Positions 1 to 9,774 of a DNA stretch of 64,000 nucleotides are shown in pieces. How positions within the stretch are numbered: the first letter of the stretch is position 1; the number at the start of each line of letters is the position of its first letter. Under the pieces are notes generated by a model. It did not search any database. It saw only the letters and a list, made by a program, of their open reading frames with translations, and had not been told where the DNA came from. The translations under genes were made by a program, and so were the position numbers. The DNA comes from an uncultured Acidobacteriota bacterium. GTDB lineage: Bacteria; Acidobacteriota; Thermoanaerobaculia; Multivoradales; JAHEKO01. Where the stretch lies: the NCBI GenBank assembly GCA_963713825.1, contig CAVQNG010000025.1:288001-352000 (forward strand), written 5' to 3'.

Positions 1-1
1 C

Positions 2-3000
2 TTCGAAGTCACCCTCCTCGAGCCGGAGGAATCTGTCCGCCTGAACCGTCTGGCTTCGCTGATGGGTGAGGTGCGTTACTACTTCGGTCTGCCGGTGGTG
101 ACAGGCCATGTTGCCTGGCAAGTCAGTCGGGTTCCGGTATTTCCCCGCTGGATGAGTTGGTATCGGAGCTATCCGAGGCAGGCGGCCGAGACGATCGCTT
201 CCGGGACCGTTGAGCTGGATGCGGACGGCAGGTTCGAAATCTCGTTTCTGCCTGCAGCGGACGAGAGGTTGGCTGCCACGGCTGGCCTGTCCTACCGCTA
301 TCAGCTGACCGCGGCGGTCACGGACGAAGGGGGAGAGACCCGCACCGCCGAGCGCAAGTTTCAACTGGGGTTTGTCGCCGTCGAGGCCATTGTCGATGGC
401 GCCAAGTCGTTCTTCACGGCAGGTGACCGAGTCGAGATTCTGCTGACCAGGACGGACCTGAATGGTAACGGCCGTTCCGGCAGCGCCGCCTGGAGGCTGA
501 CGAGAGTCGAGCAGCCGGATGCAACCTTGCCACCCGCGGAGATTCCCCGACCGATCTTGCCGGGTGGTGAAGAGAGATTCCGGACTCCTGGAGATCGACT
601 CCGCCCGCGCTGGGAGGTGGGCTACTCGTTCGAAGCCGAGCTGGCCAGGTGGCTTGACGGTGAGGTTGTTCGACGTGGAGCCGTCGAGCATGGAGAAGAT
701 GGATCTGCAACTCTTCTGCTGGATAACTTGACCGGTGGTGTCTACCGACTGCATTACAGCACTGCGGACGAATTTGGCGCTGTCTTCGAGACTCGCAAGG
801 ACATCCTTGTTGTCGGTGACGGTCTGGGGAGACTGGAGCTTCCGGTCTTGCTGTTGGCAGAGCACCAGAGCTCGGAGGTAGGAGAGACCTTGAGGGTCCT
901 CGTGCACTCCGGGCTGGAAGGCCAGGAGCTTCTGCTGGAGCAACAGAGCGCCGGCGAGACCATCGAGCAGCGACGCTTGCAGTCGGATGCCGGTCCGGTC
1001 GTGTTGGAGTTCGCTGTCGATGGCAGCCGCCGGGGGGGATTCAGCTTTCTGCTGTCGACGCTGGTCGACTACCAGTTCATCAGCTCGAGCCAGTCGGTCT
1101 GGGTTCCCTGGGACGATCGAAATCTCCGGCTCGCGTTCAGCACGTTTCGCGATCTCTTGCGGCCCGGAGCCCGGGAAACGTGGCGTGTCACGGTCTCTTC
1201 GTCCGATGGAAGGCGGCTCGAGAGCGGTGCTGCCGAGGTGTTGGCCTACATGTACGACCGCAGCTTGGATCTCTTCGCACCACACGATCCACCATCGATT
1301 CTCTCTCTCTACCCGACACGCACAGGCACGACTCCTTTCCAGGCGAGCCTCGGAAGTGCGGGGGCCGTCTGGCAATCAAGCTCCAACCTCGTGTTGCTTC
1401 CGGAGGTTCCTCACCTTCTCGGCGATCAGCTCCGTTTCCTGGATGGCTACGGAATCGGTGGTCCGGGTCGGCGGCGAGGTTACGCCCTGGCCGACATGGC
1501 GCCGGCATCCCTGGAGGAGTCCAACGTCGCCGAGCAGGCCTCTCTCGAAGCTGGAAAAGTGGTTCCGCAGTCCTTGCCTGGTGAGGCAGGCGGCACGGAG
1601 GAAGCGGGTACTGCCGTCGAGGTCAGGAGCGAGTTTTCAGAGACCGCCTTCTGGTATCCCCATCTGGTCGTCGAGGACGAAGGCGCTGTTTCGTTCGAGT
1701 TCACCGTTCCAGATTCGGTCACCGAATGGAATGTCTGGCTCCACGCTCTGGACCGAGATCTGCGGGGTGGCTCCTTCGAGCGCCAGGTTCGCACGGTCAA
1801 GGAGCTGATGGTGCGACCCTATTTGCCTCGTTTCCTGCGCGAGGGCGACCTGGTGGATCTGGCTGTGGTCGTGACCAACGCTGGGGCCACGACCCTGCAC
1901 GGGCAATTGGACTTCGAGATTCTCGAGCCGACCGATGAAGGCAGTCTGAATGCCGAGTTCGGCCTCGCCCCCGCCGCAACCAAGGGAGTCGCTTTTTCGG
2001 TTCCCGCAGGGGCTGGCACCCGATTGGTGTTCCCGGTCACGGTGCCGCCAAGAGTTGGCACAGTGGCATTCAAGGTCACCGCCCGGGCCGGGGAATTCAG
2101 TGATGGAGAGCTTCGCCCTCTACCCGTTCTTCCTGGTCGGATGCACCTGAGCCAGTCGCGATTCGTCACTCTTCGGGACGCCGATAGTCGGGAGATGAGC
2201 TTCGCCGAGCTGGTCGATGCGGCCGACCCCTCGAGAATCGACGAGCAGCTCGTCGTGACTCTCGACGCACAGCTCTTCTACAGCGTCCTGCAGGCGCTGC
2301 CCTATCTTGTGCAGTACCCATACGAGTGCACGGAGCAGACACTAAACAGGTTTCTATCGACGGGGATTGTCTCTTCCCTGTACGAGCGCTACCCAGCTGT
2401 GGCGGAGATGGCGAGGAAGTTGTCCGAGAGAGAGACCCGACTCGAGACCTGGGATCAAGTCGATCCGAATCGTCAGCTCCTCCTGGAGGAAACTCCGTGG
2501 TTGATCGAGGCTCGGGGAGGGGGAGAGGACGATCTCATCAACGTCTTGAAGCCGCAAATCGCGACAGCCGAACGCAAATCGGCGCTTGCCAAGCTGGCCA
2601 AGAGCCAGACGTCGCTCGGCGGCTTCCCATGGTGGCCCGGAGGGCCGCCTTCGCCCTATATGACGCTCTATCTGCTGCAGGGGTTCTCCAGGGCATTGGA
2701 GTTCGGGATCGAGATTCCGCAAGGGATGGTCGTCAATGCCTGGCGGTATCTCCAGCGCCACTATGTGGACGAGATCGTTCCCAAGATGATCGACGACGAC
2801 TGTTGCTGGGAGTTCGTGACCTTCCTGAACTTCGTTCTCTCCAGCTACCCCGACGAGTCATGGACCGGCGGCCTATTCAGCGAGGAGCAGCGGCGAGAGA
2901 TGCTGGATTTTTCCTACCGTCACTGGCGCGAGCACAGTCCGCTGGTGAAGAGCTCGCTGGCCCTCACACTGTCGCGGGCCGGTCGTGTCGCCGCTGCCGA

Positions 3001-3940
3001 GCTGGTGTGGGAGAGCGTCATGGATTCGGCCAGGACCTCGCCGGACGAAGGCACGTATTGGGCACCTGAAGAGCGCTCCTGGCTCTGGTACAACGACACC
3101 ATCGAGGGCCATGCACTGGCCCTGAGGACTCTCACGGAGTTGGACCCCGAAGAGCCCCGTCGAGCCGGCCTCGTTCAGTGGCTGTTGCTCAACAAGAAGC
3201 TGAATCATTGGAAATCGACCCGATCGACGGCCGAAGTGATTTACGCTCTAGCTCACTATCTGGAGCGAGAAGGCACACTCGGCAGCCGCGAGGAAGTGCA
3301 AGTCGATATCGGTTCCCATCGTGAGAATCGGGTCTTCGAGCCCGACGAGTACACCGGCAGGAAGAACCAGATCATCATCGTGGGTGACGACATCGAGCCC
3401 GAGTCCATGAGTACCATCGTCGTGGAGAAAGAGACCAAAGGCTTTCTGTTCGCATCTGCCACTTGGCACTTCTCGACCGAGCAACTACCTGAGAAGGCGG
3501 CGGGCGACTTCTTTTTTGTCGAGCGGCGCTATTTCAAGCGCTGGCACGACGGCAAGGAGTGGGTGCTCCTGCCGCTGGAGGAGGGGGTACGGATCGAGAC
3601 CGGAGAACAGGTGGAGGTTCAATTGTCTCTGCGCAGTCGCCATGCCGCAGAGTATGTACACTTACGAGATCCACGCGCCGCCGGCTTCGAGCCCGAATCG
3701 ACCCGATCCGCCTATCGGTGGGAGTACGGAATCGGTTGGTACGAGGAGATTCGCGACAGTGGGTCGAACTTCTTCTTCGACTGGCTACCGGCGGGCGAAT
3801 ACACCTTCCGCTACCGCCTCCGAGCCAACTTGAGCGGGACTTTCAGAGTCTCACCGGCGACGGTGCAGAGCATGTACGCACCGGAGTTCACCGCCTACTC
3901 GGCCGGCAACCTGGTAAAGATCGAGACCACTCGACCCTGA
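2..3940 (+). CDS. Bacterial alpha-2-macroglobulin family protein (5' truncated by window edge)
   Basis: Frame is open from base 2. MG-domain motifs 'VRSEFSETAFWYPHL' and 'RPYLPRFLREGD', thioester 'YPYECTEQ', TED region 'GGFPWWPGG', C-terminal 'QSMYAPEF'. Confidence 0.93.
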   Translation, partial: FEVTLLEPEESVRLNRLASLMGEVRYYFGLPVVTGHVAWQVSRVPVFPRWMSWYRSYPRQAAETIASGTVELDADGRFEISFLPAADERLAATAGLSYRYQLTAAVTDEGGETRTAERKFQLGFVAVEAIVDGAKSFFTAGDRVEILLTRTDLNGNGRSGSAAWRLTRVEQPDATLPPAEIPRPILPGGEERFRTPGDRLRPRWEVGYSFEAELARWLDGEVVRRGAVEHGEDGSATLLLDNLTGGVYRLHYSTADEFGAVFETRKDILVVGDGLGRLELPVLLLAEHQSSEVGETLRVLVHSGLEGQELLLEQQSAGETIEQRRLQSDAGPVVLEFAVDGSRRGGFSFLLSTLVDYQFISSSQSVWVPWDDRNLRLAFSTFRDLLRPGARETWRVTVSSSDGRRLESGAAEVLAYMYDRSLDLFAPHDPPSILSLYPTRTGTTPFQASLGSAGAVWQSSSNLVLLPEVPHLLGDQLRFLDGYGIGGPGRRRGYALADMAPASLEESNVAEQASLEAGKVVPQSLPGEAGGTEEAGTAVEVRSEFSETAFWYPHLVVEDEGAVSFEFTVPDSVTEWNVWLHALDRDLRGGSFERQVRTVKELMVRPYLPRFLREGDLVDLAVVVTNAGATTLHGQLDFEILEPTDEGSLNAEFGLAPAATKGVAFSVPAGAGTRLVFPVTVPPRVGTVAFKVTARAGEFSDGELRPLPVLPGRMHLSQSRFVTLRDADSREMSFAELVDAADPSRIDEQLVVTLDAQLFYSVLQALPYLVQYPYECTEQTLNRFLSTGIVSSLYERYPAVAEMARKLSERETRLETWDQVDPNRQLLLEETPWLIEARGGGEDDLINVLKPQIATAERKSALAKLAKSQTSLGGFPWWPGGPPSPYMTLYLLQGFSRALEFGIEIPQGMVVNAWRYLQRHYVDEIVPKMIDDDCCWEFVTFLNFVLSSYPDESWTGGLFSEEQRREMLDFSYRHWREHSPLVKSSLALTLSRAGRVAAAELVWESVMDSARTSPDEGTYWAPEERSWLWYNDTIEGHALALRTLTELDPEEPRRAGLVQWLLLNKKLNHWKSTRSTAEVIYALAHYLEREGTLGSREEVQVDIGSHRENRVFEPDEYTGRKNQIIIVGDDIEPESMSTIVVEKETKGFLFASATWHFSTEQLPEKAAGDFFFVERRYFKRWHDGKEWVLLPLEEGVRIETGEQVEVQLSLRSRHAAEYVHLRDPRAAGFEPESTRSAYRWEYGIGWYEEIRDSGSNFFFDWLPAGEYTFRYRLRANLSGTFRVSPATVQSMYAPEFTAYSAGNLVKIETTRP

Positions 3941-3975
3941 GATCGAGACGGGGGAGGGGAGGTGGGGGTGGTTGC

Positions 3976-4758
3976 CTAGCGGCGGCCGGAGACCGGCAAT
4001 CGGAGGACCTGGCCTTCGTAGATCCGGCTGGATCGCAAGCCGTTCATCTCTTTGACGGCGAGAACGTCGGTATTGTGGCGCTTGGCGATCTTCCACAACG
4101 TATCGCCTCTCGTCACCTGGTAGTGCGTGCGCTCGCCGGATTCGAGAATCTCGGAACCATGCTGCCGGTACTGTGAGGGGAACAGCGCCACGTGGAAGTG
4201 CTGCGGGTGCCACTCGAGCATGGCGTCCAGGACGCCGTTGACTTCCAGAGTGAGAAGCATGTCGGCCATCCAACGGCGACAGCTCCGATTCCAGCTGCGT
4301 CGCATGTCGATGGCCATGCCGGCCTGGTGCACCGATTGCTTCGAAGCGTTGCGGGGCTGGCGGTTCTTCGGGCGAGTCAGACTGGTGACGACCAACTCCT
4401 CGCCACAGGCGGCGTGATACTTCTCCGCCAAGAGCTCGACGAAGCTCTTGACCTCGGGCCGTGTGAAGGGGAAGGAGACCTCTTTCAAGATGAAGTGCTC
4501 GTTGCCTTCGACCGCGGTCAGATGGCCGCCTTCGACAGCCTGATAGACATCTTCAGGGGTGTTGAAGAACTCGAAGCCATGCCTCTCGGCCTGCTTCTTC
4601 TGCAGTGCCATAGAACCGGCAGTGGCCTGCAGGTTTTGCGCCCCGGACAGCGTCGGAGACCCAAGCCAGAACAACAAAGCGAGAACGAGGGACGACGCGA
4701 CAACCGCCAATCGCGCGAGGCGATAGCGATCGGTCGAGCTTTGAGCTGATCGTTCCAT
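3976..4758 (-). CDS. DUF5715-like LAS/M15-type Zn peptidase with C-terminal LysM (putative peptidoglycan hydrolase)
   Basis: N-terminal hydrophobic segment; 'SVHQAGMAID' (H-x6-D) and 'HFH' (HxH) LAS motifs; LysM 'YQVTRGDTLWKIAKRH...IYEGQVLRLP'. Start moved to ATG 4758 to avoid overlap with the divergent gene. Confidence 0.8.
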   Translation of the reverse strand: MERSAQSSTDRYRLARLAVVASSLVLALLFWLGSPTLSGAQNLQATAGSMALQKKQAERHGFEFFNTPEDVYQAVEGGHLTAVEGNEHFILKEVSFPFTRPEVKSFVELLAEKYHAACGEELVVTSLTRPKNRQPRNASKQSVHQAGMAIDMRRSWNRSCRRWMADMLLTLEVNGVLDAMLEWHPQHFHVALFPSQYRQHGSEILESGERTHYQVTRGDTLWKIAKRHNTDVLAVKEMNGLRSSRIYEGQVLRLPVSGRR

Positions 4759-4902
4759 GGGTCTGCGATGTGGCCTGCTGCTGTCCCGAGTCAACCAGAA
4801 ACCTGGACCCGGGCTGGCGTCTGAAGACCTCCCCCCGAGGTATCGATAGCTGACTATACAATACGAGGCAGGATTTTCGTCAACCCAGAATTTCACACCT
4901 GC

Positions 4903-6765
4903 ATGGGATTCATCCTCCTCAACGTCCTCTCGCTGGCTCTGCTGGTGGCCTTGTTTCATGCCTCCGGGCGGCTCGTCGAATGGGCAGTGCTTCGATCTCG
5001 GGGCGCGGTTGAAACACCCTTCGTGGTTCGACAGGCCCTCGGCATGGGAGTCTGGGTCGTGGTCACCTTCGCGTTGGCCGCGAGCGGGCTGGCAACTTCG
5101 TGGACTCTCCTGGCGCTGGTTGGCTTGGTCGCGGTGGCCTTTGTCGCGGCAGCCGCCTCGGGAGCCGTCCCTATGCAGATGCCTGGCTGGAGGATGTTCA
5201 GTTTGCCCGGCTGGGGAGTGGCAATCGCGGCAACCTCTGTCGGGCTCTTGTTGTGGGCGCTATTTCTGCAGACTCTCTGGCCAGCAGTCAGCTGGGACGC
5301 CAACGTGTATCACCTCACCGTACCTCGGCTGTGGGCGGAGCACGGTGGCTTCAGGCCCATCCCCTTCAACGTCTATTCGAACTGGCCGCTGAACACCGAG
5401 CTGCTCTTTCTCGTGGCGATGCTGCTGCGCGACTATCTGTTGGCAAAGTTGGTGCACTTTCTGTTGGGCGTGCTGGCACTGGCCGCGGTCTATTGGATTG
5501 TTCGTCGGAATGCTGGCCCTCTTTACGGCTGGTTCGCCGCCGCTCTGTTGCTCTGCAACCAGGTGGTGTTGGCGGAGATTCGTGTCGCTTACGTCGACCT
5601 TGCCTTCGCGTTCTTTTTCTTCACCGCGTTTCTGGCACTTCATACCGCACTCCAGCAGGACCGTCTCTCACCAAGATTCCTGGTTGTCGTGGGCCTACTG
5701 TCGGGGGTGTTGGCTGGGGTCAAGTTGACCGCCGTCGTGGCGGTGCTCTGCCTGGCGGCTGTGCTGACTCTCGAATGGCGCCGCGGAAACCGAGCCAGAA
5801 GCGGCCTCTTCAGGTCGCTGATAGTCCTCGTGCTGCCCTCTCTCGTAGTTCTTCTCGCTTGGTTCGTGAAGAGCTGGATCCTAACGGGCAATCCTGTCTA
5901 CCCGTTTCTCTACGGAGTGTTCGGTGGCCCGAACTGGAGTGAGGAGCTGGGCAAGATGCTCCGCGATTGGCAGCAGAGCATCGGCATGGGACGAGGCCTC
6001 GTGGACTATCTACTGCTGCCGATTCGGGTGATCCTTATGGGCGGCCTTGGCTACGAGCATTTTGAAGGGCAGATTCACCCACTCTGGTTGGTCTGGATTC
6101 CTCTGAGCATAGGGATGTCGCGAAAGAGCGATCTTGTGCGGCGGTGTCTTTGGATCGCAGGGCTCTATTTTGTTTCATGGAGTCTGACATCACAGCAGAT
6201 GCGTTTGCTGATTCCGGTCCTGCCGTTTCTTGCCACGGCGGCGGCGTGCTCGATCGCCGAGCTCTTCTCCTGGATGGAGCGAAGGACCGGCCGTCGATGG
6301 CTACAGATTCTGGTGCCGACTGTGATCGTCCTGCTCGTTGCCCAGTCAGGCGGAGGCTTTTTGGCGGGTGGATGGAGATTGGCGGGCGTCTATCTGAACG
6401 AAGGTGCCGCGGTCCGAGAGGTGGCCGTGCATCCCGTCTATCGATGGATCAACGAGACCCTGCCGGAAGAGGCGCGGGTGCTGATGGTCAACACCAACCA
6501 TGGGTTTTTCTGCCACCGGGAGTATGTCGCCGATAGCTTCTTCGAGGCCTCACAAACCATGCATCTCGTGATGACCTGTCAGTCCAAGTCAGATGTGGCG
6601 CAGTTGCTCCGAGACAACGGGTTGACCCATGTTCTGATTGACTCACGCACGAGAGGGATCCCCTACCCCAGGGCCTTCCTCGAGTTCCTGGAAGAGCCCG
6701 ATCGACTGGCCGAGAAGATCTACCGCTCGGAAGATGGCCGCTTCACCGTTCTAGAAGTTCGGTAA
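4903..6765 (+). CDS. Polytopic GT-C-fold membrane glycosyltransferase (ArnT/PMT-like)
   Basis: About 12-14 hydrophobic segments; 'WDANVYHL' loop, 'AYVDL', 'GVKLT', 'TGNPVYPF', 'QQMRLLIP'; soluble C-terminal domain. Confidence 0.7.
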   Translation: MGFILLNVLSLALLVALFHASGRLVEWAVLRSRGAVETPFVVRQALGMGVWVVVTFALAASGLATSWTLLALVGLVAVAFVAAAASGAVPMQMPGWRMFSLPGWGVAIAATSVGLLLWALFLQTLWPAVSWDANVYHLTVPRLWAEHGGFRPIPFNVYSNWPLNTELLFLVAMLLRDYLLAKLVHFLLGVLALAAVYWIVRRNAGPLYGWFAAALLLCNQVVLAEIRVAYVDLAFAFFFFTAFLALHTALQQDRLSPRFLVVVGLLSGVLAGVKLTAVVAVLCLAAVLTLEWRRGNRARSGLFRSLIVLVLPSLVVLLAWFVKSWILTGNPVYPFLYGVFGGPNWSEELGKMLRDWQQSIGMGRGLVDYLLLPIRVILMGGLGYEHFEGQIHPLWLVWIPLSIGMSRKSDLVRRCLWIAGLYFVSWSLTSQQMRLLIPVLPFLATAAACSIAELFSWMERRTGRRWLQILVPTVIVLLVAQSGGGFLAGGWRLAGVYLNEGAAVREVAVHPVYRWINETLPEEARVLMVNTNHGFFCHREYVADSFFEASQTMHLVMTCQSKSDVAQLLRDNGLTHVLIDSRTRGIPYPRAFLEFLEEPDRLAEKIYRSEDGRFTVLEVR

Positions 6766-6938
6766 GAGGCGGCACAGCCACGCCAAAATGAGAGGTAAGA
6801 GCTGCAAAAGTCTGGAGAGGGCTTCGGTTGACAACCCTCAGGGCCTCCGAGATACTGGTTCATCATCGACTTTGGGGCTCCGATCACATCGCCGAGCGTC
6901 ATACGGCGAGAAACTACCGACCATTCGAAGCGATTGCT

Positions 6939-8261
6939 ATGCGGGAAAGACAGGACGTAATCCTGGGTGGAGGCTTGGCCGGACTTTCGGCGGCCTATCA
7001 TCTGCAGCTCGCCGGTGAGCAGCACTGGCAGATTTTCGAACGGGAGGCCCGCGTCGGCGGCTTGGCGCGGACGCTGGATGTGGGAGGGTACCGTTTCGAC
7101 TATGGTCCTCACATTCTGTTCACCATCGACAAGGAGATGGAGGAGCTGATTCGCGACCTCTTGGGAGACAACTTCCACGCCCAGGAGCGCCGCGCCTACA
7201 TCTATCACCGGGCTCACGATCTCTACACCCAATTTCCGTTTCAGGCTCACCTCTTCGGATTGCCGATTCCGATCGTCAAGGAGTGCCTGGTGGGGCTAAC
7301 CCACGCCGTGGAGGCACAGGCGCGGGGCGATTTCGACCCTCAGAACTACGAGGAGTGGATGCGTGGCTTCTTCGGGGACGGCATCGCCGACCACTTGATG
7401 ATTCCCTACGCCAAGAAGATCTGGACGGTGGAGCCTGCGACGATGGATTTCAGCTGGATCGGTCGTCGCGTTCCGACTCCCGACGTGGAGAGGATCATTC
7501 AGGGGGCGCTGACTGGCGAGGTAGACCAGGTCGGTGCCACGGCACACTTCTGGTACACCAAGCAGGGTGGAATCGAGCCTTTACCCAGGGCGCTGGGGGA
7601 GAGGGTTTCTGGCCTCAATCTCGACCGGACCGCAGTTCGGATCGAGCTTCCGGCCAAGCAGGTCGTGTTCGAGGACGGCGACATCGTGCCGTTCGAGCAG
7701 TTGATCTACACCTTGCCGTTGCCATTCATCCCTCGGTTCATTCCCGATCTCCCGCCAGAGGTGAAGCGGGCCTGCGAGGGACTGCGGTACCAGGGGATCT
7801 ACTGCGTCAATATCGGCGTCGACCGCGAGGCCATTTCCGACAAGCACTGGATCTACTACTACGAGGACGAATTTCCCTTTCATCGCCTCTCCCTGCCTGC
7901 CAACTTCAGTCCTGACACCGTGCCGGCGGGCAAGAGCGCCATCGCCACTGAAGTGGCTTTCTCGGACGTGCGGCCACTGGACCGGGAGACGGCTGTAGAG
8001 AAAACCATCGAGGGACTCATCGCCTCGCGGCTGATCACCGCCGAGGACACGATCTCCTTCGTGCATACCGAAGAGATCCTGCCAGCCTACGTCATCTACG
8101 ACCTCGAGCATGCCTCCAACGTAGCGACCATCCGAGAGTGGCTCTTGCAGTACGGGATTCGGACAGCGGGTCGGTTCGGCGAGTGGCAGTACTTCAATAT
8201 GGACCACTCGATGCGCAGCGGAAAACGAGCGGTCGACGAGATCGTCGCCGCGAGGTCTTGA
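6939..8261 (+). CDS. FAD-dependent enzyme, UDP-galactopyranose mutase-like (eukaryote-type motifs)
   Basis: GxGxxG 'ILGGGLAGL', 'FDYGPHILF', 'FPFQAHL', 'PYAKKIW', 'WIGRRVPTP', 'GRFGEWQYFNMDHS'; followed 3 bp later by a GT2 gene. Confidence 0.7.
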   Translation: MRERQDVILGGGLAGLSAAYHLQLAGEQHWQIFEREARVGGLARTLDVGGYRFDYGPHILFTIDKEMEELIRDLLGDNFHAQERRAYIYHRAHDLYTQFPFQAHLFGLPIPIVKECLVGLTHAVEAQARGDFDPQNYEEWMRGFFGDGIADHLMIPYAKKIWTVEPATMDFSWIGRRVPTPDVERIIQGALTGEVDQVGATAHFWYTKQGGIEPLPRALGERVSGLNLDRTAVRIELPAKQVVFEDGDIVPFEQLIYTLPLPFIPRFIPDLPPEVKRACEGLRYQGIYCVNIGVDREAISDKHWIYYYEDEFPFHRLSLPANFSPDTVPAGKSAIATEVAFSDVRPLDRETAVEKTIEGLIASRLITAEDTISFVHTEEILPAYVIYDLEHASNVATIREWLLQYGIRTAGRFGEWQYFNMDHSMRSGKRAVDEIVAARS

Positions 8262-8264
8262 TTC

Positions 8265-9194
8265 ATGCGTGACCCGTCGGCGTCGGTGGCCGTGGTCCTA
8301 GTCAACTGGAACGGCATCGACGACGCCCTCGACGTCCTCGACCAGCTCGATCGCATCGAGGGCCCACCTCTTCAACGGCTGGTGGTGGACAACGGTTCCA
8401 CTGATGATTCAGTTGCCAGACTGCGTCAGGAGCGACCGGACGTCGAGCTCCTGGAGACCGGCAGCAATCTGGGATTTGCGGCTGGCAATGTGGCGGGCAT
8501 ACGCCATCTCCTGGAACGGTACGACTGCGGTTGGGTCCTCTTGCTCAATACGGATGTGGAGGTCGATCCGGGTTTTCTGCGACCGCTCATCGAAGCTTGT
8601 ATGGACGAGCGAGTCGGTGCTGCCGGTCCCAAGATCTACTTCCACCAACCGCCGGACCTCATCTGGGCGGCGGGCGGTACGTTGCGCGTGCGTGAGACGG
8701 TGACTCGGGAGTTCGGAATTCGACAGCCCGACGCGCCCATCTGGGACGAGCCCAAAGATGTCACCTATCTGACGACCTGCTGCCTTCTGGTGCCCCGCGA
8801 TGTCTTGGCAAAGGTCGGGCTCTTCGATCCGGTGTTTTTCATCGGGGTGGAAGATGCCGACTGGTGCCGTCGGGCTCTTGATAGGGGATATCGACTGCGC
8901 TATGAGCCGGCGAGTCGAATCTGGCACAAGGTCGCCACTTCGACCGGCGGCAGCTACACGCCTTTCAAAACGTTCCACACGGGCCGCAGCAATGCCCTCT
9001 ACGCCCGACGACACTTCCGTCTGCCGGCACTGTCGCTTTTCGTGCTCGCCAATATCGCGGCGCTCGGCGGGGCCTTCATTAGAGAGCTGCCCAGGGGCAA
9101 CGCCAAGGCCGTTGCCTCGAAAGCGAAAGGGCTCTGGCGGGGGTTGAGGGACCCTCTCGCGCCACCGCCCGGATTGATACCCGATCCCGACTAG
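8265..9194 (+). CDS. Glycosyltransferase family 2 (WbbL/GlfT-like)
   Basis: 'VVLVNWNG', 'VVDNGSTD', 'NLGFAAGN', 'LLLNTD', 'GVEDADWC'. Confidence 0.9.
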   Translation: MRDPSASVAVVLVNWNGIDDALDVLDQLDRIEGPPLQRLVVDNGSTDDSVARLRQERPDVELLETGSNLGFAAGNVAGIRHLLERYDCGWVLLLNTDVEVDPGFLRPLIEACMDERVGAAGPKIYFHQPPDLIWAAGGTLRVRETVTREFGIRQPDAPIWDEPKDVTYLTTCCLLVPRDVLAKVGLFDPVFFIGVEDADWCRRALDRGYRLRYEPASRIWHKVATSTGGSYTPFKTFHTGRSNALYARRHFRLPALSLFVLANIAALGGAFIRELPRGNAKAVASKAKGLWRGLRDPLAPPPGLIPDPD

Positions 9195-9721
9195 GTGTCG
9201 GCGAGGGGCCGAGCCCGGGCCGGAGCGCCGATGGCCAGGCTAGCGGCTGGAACGTCCTCGAGCACAACGGCACCGGCCCCGACAAAAGCATCGTCACCGA
9301 CCGAGATCCCGCCCAGCACGATGGCGTGGGCACCGATGGTGACGCGATCTCCGATATGAGGGCAATCGTCCTCTGAGAAGCGTGCTTCACCGAGCGTCAC
9401 TCCCTGCAGCAGCGTACAGTCCTCGCCGATCACCGTGGTGCCGCCGACCACCAGCCCGAGCCCGTGGGCGATGTAGCAGCCGCCGCCGATTCGAGCCTGA
9501 GGGAGGATGTCGACGCCGCAGGAGCCGATTGCCCAACGCCGAAACACCGCTGGTAGGACGGGCCAGCCCCATTTGCGGAAAGTGGAACCCATCCGGTAGG
9601 CCGCGAGGGCCTGAAATCCAGAGTCGAACAGAATGGACTCCAGGAAAGTGCGCCATGCTCCTTTCCTCTTGATCTCCCGGATGCGACTCAAGTCACGGCG
9701 AAAGTTCGGCCAGAAACTCAT
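9191..9721 (-). CDS. Short CysE-like hexapeptide O-acetyltransferase (probably acts on glycan)
   Basis: Left-handed beta-helix repeats 'IGGGCYIAHGLGLVVG...IGEDCTLLQGVTLG...IGDRVTIGAHA'; only 176 aa; last gene of the glycan operon. Confidence 0.85.
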   Translation of the reverse strand: MSFWPNFRRDLSRIREIKRKGAWRTFLESILFDSGFQALAAYRMGSTFRKWGWPVLPAVFRRWAIGSCGVDILPQARIGGGCYIAHGLGLVVGGTTVIGEDCTLLQGVTLGEARFSEDDCPHIGDRVTIGAHAIVLGGISVGDDAFVGAGAVVLEDVPAASLAIGAPARARPLADT

Positions 9722-9774
9722 GAGTGCACCAAGTCTGCCATGAAACGAGATCAGTCCCTAGGGCTCGTACTGCT

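Noticed and set aside
3950-3972. G-rich tract between convergent genes
   Set aside because: Only three runs of 3 or more G and no clean terminator stem.
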